From assembly GCA_002425415.1 (NCBI GenBank), contig DIMG01000033.1, positions 5,637 through 69,636 of the forward strand: a DNA stretch of 64,000 nucleotides, read 5' to 3'. A model generated the notes under the pieces. That model was not told the DNA's origin, made no database searches, and was given only the letters and a program-made list of their open reading frames with translations. The position numbers and the translations under genes are program-made. Positions 9,603-18,807 of the stretch are shown piece after piece; position 1 is the first letter of the stretch, and every line of letters starts with the position of its first letter. This DNA comes from Micavibrio sp. UBA5572 (GTDB lineage: Bacteria; Pseudomonadota; Alphaproteobacteria; Micavibrionales; Micavibrionaceae).

Positions 9603-10943
9603 ATGGAGTTATTAATGTCCTCTTTTCGCCTCTCCCTTCTTCTTGCTGTTTCATTATTGGCACTCCCGAACTGCTCGATGGCGCAAGAAGCAGCTACCGT
9701 TAAAGACGCTCCGCAACAAACTGAAGAAGAGACATATAAACAGCTTGCCTTATTTGGCGAAGCGTTTGAACGCGTGCGTGAAAAATATGTCGAACCGGTC
9801 ACGGATGAAAAACTGATCGAATATGCCATTAAAGGAATGCTGGTTAACCTTGACCCTCACTCTGATTATATGGCGGCCAAAGATTTTGATGATATGAAGG
9901 TTCAAACCAAAGGTGAGTTCGGCGGCTTGGGCATCGAAGTCACGATGGAAGACGGTTTGATTAAAGTGATTTCGCCGATTGATGATACTCCAGCCTTTAA
10001 AGCTGGAGTTAAAGCAGGTGATCTTATTATCTATCTTGATAAAAAACCCATCATGGGTATGACATTACCCGAAGCGGTCGACCAAATGCGCGGCAAAGTT
10101 GGAACACCAATAGAAATTACCGTTCGCCGCGAAGGTGTTCCTGAACCTATTGCCATTACCATTATACGTGATGTCATCAAAATTCAGCCGGTCAAATTCC
10201 GTGTTGAAGATGAGACAATCGGCTATATCCGCGTGAACCAGTTTAATCGCAATGCTTATGACGGGCTTAAAAAAGCCATGGATAAAATCAACGCTGATGT
10301 CGGCGAAAAATTGAGCGGATATGTTCTGGATTTGCGCAATAATCCGGGTGGATTGCTGGATCAAGCGATTGCCATTTCCGATGCATTTTTGGAACAAGGC
10401 GAAATTGTATCAACGCGCGGCCGTGAAGAAAAAGACATTAAACGCGACAATGCCCTTCCGGGTGATTTAGCCAATGGCTTGCCTGTTGTGGTTCTTATCA
10501 ATGGCGGCTCGGCGTCTGCATCCGAAATTGTGGCCGGTGCTTTGCAAGATCATCGTCGCGCCGTTTTGATGGGCACACGCTCTTTCGGCAAAGGGTCCGT
10601 CCAGACAGTCATTCCTGTCAGTGGTGATGGTGCTTTGCGTCTAACAACAGCACGATACTTCACTCCATCGGGCCGCTCTATTCAAGGAAAAGGAATTGAT
10701 CCGGACATTGTTGTCGATCAAGCCAAAATTGAAAAACTCGAAGAAATGGGCATTCACGAAGAAGATTTGAAAGGGGCATTGAGCAACCCGACAACTCAAG
10801 CCAAAGCCAGTAACGATAATGCTAAAGATTCAAAATCTGATAAGAAAACAGAAGAAGAAAAAGCATCGGATAAGGATTATCAGCTGGCACGGGCTTTGGA
10901 CTTGCTTCATGGTTTGGCCTTGATGAAAGATAATAACAAGTAG
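9603..10943 (+). CDS. ctpA: carboxy-terminal processing protease (S41)
   Basis: Signal peptide, PDZ-like region, and S41 motifs NGGSASASEIVAGAL and SFGKGSVQ. Confidence 0.9.
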   Translation: MELLMSSFRLSLLLAVSLLALPNCSMAQEAATVKDAPQQTEEETYKQLALFGEAFERVREKYVEPVTDEKLIEYAIKGMLVNLDPHSDYMAAKDFDDMKVQTKGEFGGLGIEVTMEDGLIKVISPIDDTPAFKAGVKAGDLIIYLDKKPIMGMTLPEAVDQMRGKVGTPIEITVRREGVPEPIAITIIRDVIKIQPVKFRVEDETIGYIRVNQFNRNAYDGLKKAMDKINADVGEKLSGYVLDLRNNPGGLLDQAIAISDAFLEQGEIVSTRGREEKDIKRDNALPGDLANGLPVVVLINGGSASASEIVAGALQDHRRAVLMGTRSFGKGSVQTVIPVSGDGALRLTTARYFTPSGRSIQGKGIDPDIVVDQAKIEKLEEMGIHEEDLKGALSNPTTQAKASNDNAKDSKSDKKTEEEKASDKDYQLARALDLLHGLALMKDNNK

Positions 10944-10954
10944 GAATATCTCTA

Positions 10955-12121
10955 TTGGCATCCGCTCTGGCATTTGTAAAAAATATTTCTATTCCACGAC
11001 CGTCGTTTTCCGGTGTCGTGGAACATGTGAGATCTTTTGCCAGCTTGAGATCATTTGTATGGAGCTTTGGCCTTTTAATCGTTCTGGCGTTCCTGCTGAC
11101 ATTTCAATCTGGACAATTTAGCCCATCCGGCGAAGAAAACGATTTTCACGAGATTCCAGAATCACTAACCGGAAAAGTGATGGCCACGCTGGACTTAGAA
11201 CAACATGCTGACATTCCGATTCAGTATGGCGAAGAAAACCTCACGGGTTCCGCTTTGAATCACGAAGATATTTCACCAACGGAACAAAATATCGAGATTC
11301 CGGATCAGTTTTTAGATCAGAAAACAGAACGTCAAGACGGTCTGTTTGAAGACACACCGTTTGGCTCTGTGCCAATCCGCAGCAAATCGGATAACAAGAC
11401 GGTTTTTGATGCCTATCAAATCCCTTATGTTCCTTTGGCTGGTGCGCGGGGGGTGATTGCCTTGGTAATGGTGGATTACGGTCTTTCCGAACACATGTCA
11501 AAAGCAAGTATCACCGGCCTGCCTCCTTATGTGACATTCGTGACGTCCCCCTATTCACGGGAGATTCAGGATAAAATTGATCTGGCACGTGCTGCATCCC
11601 ATGAAATTTGGCTGGATACCCCTATCCAATCCAAAAATTTTGGATTGGATGATACGGGGCCTTTAACATTGTTATCCGGTCTGAATGATGAACAAAACCA
11701 CACTCGTTTACTGCATATTCTGTCTCTGGCTCATGGCTATGTCGGGATTTCTTTTTTAAATAGCCCTGCTTTTCAAGGCGCGGATAAAGGCTTGGAAAAT
11801 ATTTTTTCTATTATTGAACAACGAGGCTTGGGCTTAGCATCTTCGGATTTGGACGATGGTATTTCTGCCGTGTTTGCCAACCGTCATACCAAAATACCTT
11901 TTGCAAAAAATCAGCTTTGGATTGATGCCAATCAGGGTAATTTGGAAGTCGAGAGAACATTAAAACAATTGGAGCAAAAAGCTTTAAACAACTATGTTGC
12001 GATTGCTTTTATCAAACCCCAACCAAAACTCTTTCCTGTTATCAAGGAGTGGGAAAAAACTCTATCCCAACAATCTTTGCAGCTCGTCCCGTTATCGGCT
12101 GCGATCAAACATAGTAAATAA
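10955..12121 (+). CDS. divergent polysaccharide deacetylase family protein (YibQ-like)
   Basis: 388 aa with an N-terminal TM segment and IALVMVDYGLS-type core. It sits between ctpA and rppH, as is typical of alphaproteobacteria. Confidence 0.65.
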   Translation: MASALAFVKNISIPRPSFSGVVEHVRSFASLRSFVWSFGLLIVLAFLLTFQSGQFSPSGEENDFHEIPESLTGKVMATLDLEQHADIPIQYGEENLTGSALNHEDISPTEQNIEIPDQFLDQKTERQDGLFEDTPFGSVPIRSKSDNKTVFDAYQIPYVPLAGARGVIALVMVDYGLSEHMSKASITGLPPYVTFVTSPYSREIQDKIDLARAASHEIWLDTPIQSKNFGLDDTGPLTLLSGLNDEQNHTRLLHILSLAHGYVGISFLNSPAFQGADKGLENIFSIIEQRGLGLASSDLDDGISAVFANRHTKIPFAKNQLWIDANQGNLEVERTLKQLEQKALNNYVAIAFIKPQPKLFPVIKEWEKTLSQQSLQLVPLSAAIKHSK

Positions 12122-12122
12122 C

Positions 12123-12605
12123 ATGACTGATTTTTCTGATTTTGCTACCCTTCCGTATCGCCCCTGTGTCGGGATTGCCTTATTTAATAAAGACGGTAAG
12201 ATTTTTGTCGGGGAACGAATTGATACCCCTGGCTCGTGGCAAATGCCGCAAGGTGGCGTGGATGACGGCGAAGACATTCTTGATGCTGCTTTTCGGGAAT
12301 TGCAGGAAGAAGTCGGCACTCAATCGGCCGAGTTGATTGAAATTTCATCCAACACGGTTCGTTATGATGTCCCGAAAGAGCTTTCAACAAAGCATTGGGG
12401 GGGCAAGTATCGTGGACAAGAACAAACATGGGTCGCCCTGCGTTTTACAGGCCAAGACTCTGATATTCAATTGGATAGGTTTGAAGTTCCTGAATTTTCC
12501 CGTTGGCAATGGGTTGATTTGTCAAAAACCGTTGACCTGATTGTTCCATTTAAACGGGAAACTTACCAAAAAATAATCGCGCTGTTTGAACATATTGTTA
12601 TTTAG
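12123..12605 (+). CDS. rppH: RNA pyrophosphohydrolase (Nudix)
   Basis: Nudix box GGVDDGEDILDAAFRELQEEVG. I chose the ATG at 12123 (MTDFSDFATLPYRPCVG), directly after the upstream stop, rather than the tracked start at 11994. Confidence 0.9.
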   Translation: MTDFSDFATLPYRPCVGIALFNKDGKIFVGERIDTPGSWQMPQGGVDDGEDILDAAFRELQEEVGTQSAELIEISSNTVRYDVPKELSTKHWGGKYRGQEQTWVALRFTGQDSDIQLDRFEVPEFSRWQWVDLSKTVDLIVPFKRETYQKIIALFEHIVI

Positions 12606-12894
12606 GCGCGGGGCTTTCTTTTGAATGCGCCTCTGCAGTATCCAGAGCTCTATTTTGTCTACGCCGATCAAATCCGACTTTTGCAGCAAAAGCTGTCAGT
12701 AGGCCAGTTGTTCCTGTTATAAAACCAAAAACGGGAAGCGCAATGTCTGCTGTTTGGTTGATTGCCAACGTAGAATAATCCCCTGTAGTCACTGCCACAA
12801 CATACGTCCCCAAACCTAACATTCCTGTTGCCATGCCTCCTAAGGCCGCAAATGTAAAGGGTACTACTAAAGATTCTTTTCTTTGTTTCGTCAT
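12598..12894 (-). CDS. hypothetical small membrane protein
   Basis: 98 aa with two Gly/Thr-rich hydrophobic segments. I recognise no family. Confidence 0.4.
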   Translation of the reverse strand: MTKQRKESLVVPFTFAALGGMATGMLGLGTYVVAVTTGDYSTLAINQTADIALPVFGFITGTTGLLTAFAAKVGFDRRRQNRALDTAEAHSKESPAPK

Positions 12895-13064
12895 AACACG
12901 CTCCTGTTTCGTGGAGGGAATATACTCATATTAATTTATTATGTCAACTGTTTTTAACAAATAAATCTCTCCCGTTTCCCCTGCCGGATGTTACCATATT
13001 AACGTAGCCTTAATTTGATTTATGTATAATCTGATGGAATTCAACTTTTTTGTGATGACAGAGA

Positions 13065-13748
13065 ATGATAGAACCAGATCCAGCCATACAAAGACAGCAA
13101 GCCGCGCTCGTACTATCGGGGCATCTGCCAAGGGACACCCAAATGAATGGGATCGCTGACAAAGCCTTTAAAGAAGCAGGAAAAAAATTTGCTCATGAAA
13201 ATAATGAAAAGTCGAACGGATACAAATACGTAGACCCGAACGACCCCAAGGCAATTAGTAATGCGCTGGATGCAAAAATGCGCGACCCGTCTTTCCGGGA
13301 CATGAATATTGCCGTGCTCAGAGCCGATAAAAACCTTACGACAGCAGAGGTCACCGGAGTCCAATGGCTTTTGAAAGAGGCCGGTGATAACCTTCCGAAC
13401 TCTACCAAACCAAACGGCTTAATGGACGGAAAAATGGGAGCCGAAACCCAAAATGGCATAAATAAAAACAGTACCAGAGTAAACCCTGATGAAGTTGCAG
13501 CGGCAACAAAAAAATACTTCGCCACAGACGCGGAAAAAGCCCAAATAATCGTAGACCAAATGGATGATACATTGGGAAGGCTTCCAAGCTATGCAAAAAA
13601 CAGTGGTAAATTGGAACAAGCATTCGGACGGGTTGCAACGGGTGCTGCTTTGGAAAAATATGTTGCCCCCGAAGCACCAAACCAAGCTCCCGCTACGCCT
13701 CGCTACGCCACAACAACGCCTTCTGCTCCAATAATATACGGCGCGTAG
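13065..13748 (+). CDS. hypothetical protein with weak peptidoglycan-binding-like repeat
   Basis: 227-aa ORF. The segment VTGVQWLLKEAG...MDGKMGAETQNGINK loosely fits the PG_binding_1 pattern (V..LQ..L..G...DG.FG..T). It has a Pro/Ala/Thr-rich tail. Confidence 0.45.
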   Translation: MIEPDPAIQRQQAALVLSGHLPRDTQMNGIADKAFKEAGKKFAHENNEKSNGYKYVDPNDPKAISNALDAKMRDPSFRDMNIAVLRADKNLTTAEVTGVQWLLKEAGDNLPNSTKPNGLMDGKMGAETQNGINKNSTRVNPDEVAAATKKYFATDAEKAQIIVDQMDDTLGRLPSYAKNSGKLEQAFGRVATGAALEKYVAPEAPNQAPATPRYATTTPSAPIIYGA

Positions 13749-13807
13749 ACCTTAGTTCCCTACGATAAAACACATACTATTTCCCCCAATAAGGTGTATA
13801 TTGATCG

Positions 13808-13816
13808 TGTTATAAT
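13808..13816 (+). promoter_or_regulatory. extended -10 promoter element (TGtTATAAT)
   Basis: TGTTATAAT lies about 22 nt upstream of the 13839 ATG. No convincing -35 is present. Confidence 0.35.
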
Positions 13817-13838
13817 AACCTTACAAAGGAATGGCATC

Positions 13839-13934
13839 ATGGCAAAATCACAAGACGCTAAAAAAGACACAAAAAAGAAACCTCTCAAAAGCGCCAAAGA
13901 AAAAAAACAGGAAAAACAAAGCAAAAAGACTTAA
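13839..13934 (+). CDS. 31-aa lysine-rich small protein
   Basis: MAKSQDAKKDTKKKPLKSAKEKKQEKQSKKT. An AAGGA sequence lies 8 nt upstream of the ATG and an intrinsic terminator follows directly. It is below the ORF-track size cutoff. An alternative overlapping frame starts at 13831. Confidence 0.45.
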   Translation: MAKSQDAKKDTKKKPLKSAKEKKQEKQSKKT

Positions 13935-13946
13935 CTAAAAAATTCA

Positions 13947-13975
13947 GGCTCCGGCGAAAGCTGGAGCCTTTTTAA
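13947..13975 (+). terminator. rho-independent terminator
   Basis: GGCTCCGG-CGAAAG-CTGGAGCC stem-loop followed by TTTTT. Confidence 0.6.
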
Positions 13976-13994
13976 AAGACTAAAGAATTCAACA

Positions 13995-15257
13995 ATGCCT
14001 CTTTCATTTTCCATCCTGAAAATTCCCAATTTCAGATTACTGGTCATGGCGCGAATGTTTTGCCAAATGGCCTTACAGGCTATGGCCGTCATTGTCGGGT
14101 GGCAAATTTATTCCCTTACAAAATCGGAATTTCTTTTGGGACTCATCGGATTAACCGAAGCTCTTCCGGCAATATTAGCCGCATTTTTTTCCGGCTATCT
14201 GGTTGATATTTCGACACCCCAACGCGTTTATAAATACTGTGTTAGTGCCCTGACGCTTAATCTTGCGGGTCTTTTAATTCTGGGAGGTGATTTTATAGAC
14301 CTGTCTCATCACGCTCTCATCATTTGCCTTTTTGTTGGTGTCTTTATTTCCGGTATAGCCCGCAGCTTCATGCTACCCGCCTATTTTTCGATCACGCCCC
14401 AAATTATTGAACGTAAAGATTACGCCGCTGCCAGCGCATGGAGTAATACAGCCGTCCAAATCGCCGTCATGACAGGCCCCGTTTTGGCCGGATTACTATA
14501 TGGTTCTATGGGACAACGCGCTGCATGGATTTTACCTGTCACGTTTATGGCTCTAGGATTTTCATGTGTCATAAGCATCAACAATATCCGCCAATACGCA
14601 AAAATAGAAATAAAACAAACTGCCTTCAAAAATATTGTTGAGGGCTGGAAATTCATTATCACACACAGAATATTGTTAACGGTATTGGCTGTTGATATGT
14701 TTGCCGTTTTATTCGGCGGCGCAGTTGCAATGCTTCCCGCCTTTGCCAGTAAAATCCTTCATGTTGGCCCCGAAGGACTAGGACTTCTTAGAACAGCCCC
14801 CGCCTTTGGAGCCATTCTCGCCGCCATCTTTTTTGCCATACGCCCCATGAAAACCTTTCCATTAACCCGAATGCTGTGGACAGTTGCCGCCTTTGGAGTT
14901 TGCATGATAGGTTTTGGACTCAGCACATCCTTTGCTCTTTCGATGTTATTTTTGGCAGCAAGCGGATTATTCGATACAATCAATGTCGTGATAAGAACCA
15001 CACTCAAACAAATTCTGACACCGGATGCCATGCGTGGACGTGTTTCATCTATCAGCACGATGTTTGTAATATCATCCAATGAAATCGGCGCATTTGAATC
15101 CGGCACAGCCGCCCGATTGATGGGACTCGTTCCCTCTGTGATTTTTGGAGGCATTATGACATTGTGCGTTGCGGCGGCAACCTATGCACTAACTCCCAAA
15201 TTGCGTAAAATCACATTTGATGAGAATACGCAAATAGACCAAAAACCGCCCCCCTGA
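13995..15257 (+). CDS. MFS transporter
   Basis: 420 aa with about 12 hydrophobic segments and overall MFS-like organisation. Confidence 0.8.
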   Translation: MPLSFSILKIPNFRLLVMARMFCQMALQAMAVIVGWQIYSLTKSEFLLGLIGLTEALPAILAAFFSGYLVDISTPQRVYKYCVSALTLNLAGLLILGGDFIDLSHHALIICLFVGVFISGIARSFMLPAYFSITPQIIERKDYAAASAWSNTAVQIAVMTGPVLAGLLYGSMGQRAAWILPVTFMALGFSCVISINNIRQYAKIEIKQTAFKNIVEGWKFIITHRILLTVLAVDMFAVLFGGAVAMLPAFASKILHVGPEGLGLLRTAPAFGAILAAIFFAIRPMKTFPLTRMLWTVAAFGVCMIGFGLSTSFALSMLFLAASGLFDTINVVIRTTLKQILTPDAMRGRVSSISTMFVISSNEIGAFESGTAARLMGLVPSVIFGGIMTLCVAAATYALTPKLRKITFDENTQIDQKPPP

Positions 15258-15298
15258 TTCCCCTTCCTACAAGAGTAAAACAGCCCTATATTGATAAT

Positions 15299-16018
15299 AT
15301 GGACAACCTGAAACGCAAAGACCTTCAAGATATTATCACCGTAACCGAACACGCCGAAGTGATCGCGGAAGATGTCAATCTTGATCTTGAATCAAGAGAA
15401 GCCGCTTTACGCACATTTGTCACTCAAAACGCCCAAGACATCATTAGTCTACTTTATGAATTGCAAGATTGGAGAAATCAATCGGCCACTGGCGAAGGAA
15501 ACCACCTGCTTGATAAACATGCCCGCATCATTGTCGAAGGTTTTTCAGATGATAACGCGGCAGATGCACTTTCCGATGCTCTCAATAAAACCTCCCATTA
15601 TTTTTCCGAACAATTGGATGTCAGTATTACCCTTCAACAATTAACCGAATTAAAAAATGGTGGCCACCGCGCAGTGCTGGAACTCCACATCACCCCGATC
15701 CATTTGAAAGACCGAGCGCATGTTCATTCGCTGGATATAGAAAACAAGAAATTCAGAAAACGGGAATTTAGAAACAATTTAAAAAAAGAAGAAGCCGAAG
15801 CCAGACACTTGGTCTTTGACCATTTCGTTGCGCGAAAAGGCGCGTACGCAGATGCCATTCCTGACTATTATCTTATCAATCTGGGTGATGTTCACTTGAT
15901 GAATTACATGATTGAAAAAGCATTTTTCAAAGCGGGACAACCACCATCCCCTCTTCCCAATCATCTCATGGTAAGAGCCATCAAGAACGGGAATGAACCA
16001 GAACCTAGCCCTTCTTGA
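15299..16018 (+). CDS. hypothetical protein
   Basis: 239-aa ORF with no motif I recognise and no signal peptide. Confidence 0.45.
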   Translation: MDNLKRKDLQDIITVTEHAEVIAEDVNLDLESREAALRTFVTQNAQDIISLLYELQDWRNQSATGEGNHLLDKHARIIVEGFSDDNAADALSDALNKTSHYFSEQLDVSITLQQLTELKNGGHRAVLELHITPIHLKDRAHVHSLDIENKKFRKREFRNNLKKEEAEARHLVFDHFVARKGAYADAIPDYYLINLGDVHLMNYMIEKAFFKAGQPPSPLPNHLMVRAIKNGNEPEPSPS

Positions 16019-16208
16019 TAACGGCATCAATCGCTTTGGCGACAAAATAGCTGACAGGAACAGATACCGTCACTCCGATTGCGGCCGCAACAGGAATCCA
16101 TTTAAACCCTTCATTCATCAAAGATGGGGTCGCCATAACGGCCACAGCGAGAATGCCCGCCAAAGTTGGTGCTGCCACAACAAATATAATCGCTGAAATC
16201 TTGAACAT
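16005..16208 (-). CDS. hypothetical small membrane protein
   Basis: I chose the start at MFKISAIIFV, with GGGAG 7 nt upstream. It has two hydrophobic helices and lies downstream of amtB on the same strand. Confidence 0.4.
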   Translation of the reverse strand: MFKISAIIFVVAAPTLAGILAVAVMATPSLMNEGFKWIPVAAAIGVTVSVPVSYFVAKAIDAVIKKG

Positions 16209-16304
16209 AACAAATCTCCCGTATAACCCACCATTCAAGGATGGCGATGAAATACCAGATATTCAATGCGCATGATGTCGCAACCATAAGCGTCTCATAA
16301 GAGA

Positions 16305-17537
16305 TCACCTTAATACAAACGCCCGCTCACCATGCTGGGTCTCATCCAATCCTGTTTTTTCATCAGATTCGCTCACACGAACTTTCATGAAAAAAGAAAC
16401 AACTTTAAAAACAATAAATGTCATAACCATAGTATAAACAATGACAGCCATCGACCCAATCACATTGGCAATAAACAAATGACTTTCTCCATAAAACAAA
16501 CCATTAGCTCCGGCTGGGTTAATTTCAGTCGTAGCAAAAACAGCCGTCAAAACAGCTCCCATTGTTCCACCGACACCATGACACGCAAAAACATCAACCG
16601 TATCATCGGTACGAAGTTTTTCTTTAACCAATCGAGTGGCGTAATTACAAACCACAGCAGTAATCAACCCGATCAACATAGCAGATTGCAAAGTTACAAA
16701 ACCAGCAGCAGGAGTAATCGCAACCAACCCCGCAACAGCCCCGACAGAAGAACCGATAGCAGTCGGTCTCCCGTGGACTGTCCAGTCACAAATCATCCAT
16801 GCCGACATCGCAGCCGCAGCCGCAAGAATTGTCGTCGCAGCAGCATGAGCCGCCAAACCATCCGCAGCCAAAGCCGATCCGGCATTAAAACCAATCCAGC
16901 CGAACCACAATAATGTCCCGCCAAGCAAAACCATCAACGCGGAAAAACTATTATGCTCGTCAGGGCGGAAATTTCTTCTGTTCCCCAGTATCACAGCCGC
17001 CACCAAAGCCGCATAACCGGATGTCATATGAACAACCATACCGCCAGCAAAATCCAGGCCACCCATTCCAGCGATCCATCCACCAGGCCCCCAAACCCAG
17101 TGGGCAACAGGAACATAAACCAATAAAGACCACACAGCCATAATGACCAACCAAGCCTTGAAACGAACCCTTTCGGCGACGGCTCCGGTAATCAGCGCAG
17201 GCGTAATAATAGCAAAAGTACATTGGAACAACATAAAAAGAACATGAGGAATGGTTGTTCCGTAAGTATCATTCGGTTTCATCCCGACACCATTCAACAT
17301 GAAATAATCGAGATTCCCGATCAAACCACCTTCATCGCCGGAAAAAACTAAAGAATACCCACAGACCGCCCAAAGCAAAGTCACAAACCCCATCGCAGCA
17401 AAACTCTGTAATTTGGTAGAAACAACGCTTCTCAGGGGAACCATCCCACCATAGAAAAAGGCAACGCCCGGTGTCATCAACAAAACCAAAGCTGTCGCAA
17501 CCAGCATCCAAGCAATATCCGCAGCAACCACGCTCAA
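16305..17537 (-). CDS. amtB: ammonium transporter
   Basis: 410 aa with Amt motifs AFFYGGM, DFAGGMVVHMTSG and FACHGVGGTMG. It uses a TTG start preceded by AAGGGAG. Confidence 0.95.
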   Translation of the reverse strand: MSVVAADIAWMLVATALVLLMTPGVAFFYGGMVPLRSVVSTKLQSFAAMGFVTLLWAVCGYSLVFSGDEGGLIGNLDYFMLNGVGMKPNDTYGTTIPHVLFMLFQCTFAIITPALITGAVAERVRFKAWLVIMAVWSLLVYVPVAHWVWGPGGWIAGMGGLDFAGGMVVHMTSGYAALVAAVILGNRRNFRPDEHNSFSALMVLLGGTLLWFGWIGFNAGSALAADGLAAHAAATTILAAAAAMSAWMICDWTVHGRPTAIGSSVGAVAGLVAITPAAGFVTLQSAMLIGLITAVVCNYATRLVKEKLRTDDTVDVFACHGVGGTMGAVLTAVFATTEINPAGANGLFYGESHLFIANVIGSMAVIVYTMVMTFIVFKVVSFFMKVRVSESDEKTGLDETQHGERAFVLR

Positions 17538-17782
17538 TAACTCCCTTAAAACTATACTTTTAAAACTGTATTTAATGATTACAGCTAGAAAATTATCAAA
17601 GCCATGCGCTTATTGCAACTCTTTTATGCCAATTATGGGTGGGTAATAATGAATTATGCGGATCTGGGCATCACGGTTGTAGAGTCACAGCAAATAATTT
17701 GGTGACAAGAAACTAGCGATAACGCATAAAGAAACTACGCTAAGAGCGCAGTGACAATGCAACAAAGTGATTTGGAAAGAAA

Positions 17783-18394
17783 TCAAGGCTTGATAAGAAT
17801 AGGTGTGCCGACATCCACTAAAGAATAAATGTCTTCTATATCTTTGTTGCGCAAAGCCAGACAGCCATCTGTCCAGTTTTTATCAGATCTTTGAAAAAAT
17901 CCGGACACCCCGCCACGATCTCCATGAATGCCGACTTGGCCACCCGGGGAAATTCCGAATCTTTTAGCAACCAGAATATCCTTATCGCTGGGATAGGAAA
18001 TTCCCAGAAATTTTTGGAAATTCTGACTGACATGTTTGTCATTAATATAATACTGACCTTCGGGAGTCCGCTCGTCCCCTTCATAAACTTTTGGACCAAC
18101 CGGATTAGCCCCCATCGCCATAACAGAATATGTTTTCAAAACCCGCCCATCTTTCCACAAAGACAAAAGCCAGTCTTTCTTTTGAACGACAATATAATCG
18201 ACTTTTCTGTTCTCTTTTTGCTCATCAATAGGCGACGGAGGCACGTGCAAAGACACAGCCTGATCCGTATTCGTTTTCAGATTGGATTTAAGAGAAGACC
18301 CCGCAACCTCGCAAGCAGACAAAGCGACAAGCAATAATCCACAAAACATAAAAATAAAGAGGTTTGAAATGCGAAGTTTTGAATGCATACCCAA
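17783..18394 (-). CDS. L,D-transpeptidase family protein (YkuD domain)
   Basis: Lipoprotein-like signal peptide (LVALSAC). The catalytic region reads GIHGDRGG...TDGCLALRNKDI. Confidence 0.85.
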   Translation of the reverse strand: MGMHSKLRISNLFIFMFCGLLLVALSACEVAGSSLKSNLKTNTDQAVSLHVPPSPIDEQKENRKVDYIVVQKKDWLLSLWKDGRVLKTYSVMAMGANPVGPKVYEGDERTPEGQYYINDKHVSQNFQKFLGISYPSDKDILVAKRFGISPGGQVGIHGDRGGVSGFFQRSDKNWTDGCLALRNKDIEDIYSLVDVGTPILIKP

Positions 18395-18402
18395 ACAAAC
18401 AA

Positions 18403-18795
18403 CTACACAAAAGCCTTAACAATAGTCTCGGCCAGCTTATCCAGATTGACCGGTTTCTCAAGATAGGCTGTGGGGTTAAGATGATCCACAGAATGCTTAT
18501 CTCTCGGATCGGTTAACGCCGTTAAAAAGATAATCGGCAGAGTTTTATACTGGGGATATGCTCCACGAATACGCTCCAACATCTGATAACCGGACATAAC
18601 AGGCATTGCACGATCACAAACAACAATGTCAGGCTCCATAACTTGAAGCTTTTCAAGACCTTCTTGACCGTTACGAGCCAACTCGACTTCATAACCACGA
18701 CTCGTTAGATCTGCATAAAGAATGCTACACAGCTCACGCTCATCTTCAACAACTAGGATTTTTCTTACTTTTGCCATTTGGCATCTCCGACTCAT
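18403..18795 (-). CDS. single-domain response regulator (CheY-like)
   Basis: ILVVEDE...DIVVCDRAMPVMSG...receiver motifs. An alternative start is at 18777. Confidence 0.9.
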   Translation of the reverse strand: MSRRCQMAKVRKILVVEDERELCSILYADLTSRGYEVELARNGQEGLEKLQVMEPDIVVCDRAMPVMSGYQMLERIRGAYPQYKTLPIIFLTALTDPRDKHSVDHLNPTAYLEKPVNLDKLAETIVKAFV

Positions 18796-18807
18796 ATTTT
18801 CCTAAGT

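Noticed and set aside
16332-16913. 193-aa plus-strand ORF (and the 16913..17143 ORF) within the amtB region
   Set aside because: Both are antisense to a full-length ammonium transporter with canonical motifs. The translations are Ser/Arg/Asn-rich nonsense-like sequence.
17613-17631. sigma54-like -24/-12 element TGGCAT-N7-TTGCA upstream of amtB (minus strand)
   Set aside because: The spacer is 7 nt where the consensus TGGCAC-N5-TTGC has 5, and sigma54 is intolerant of spacing changes. It is not called as a promoter.
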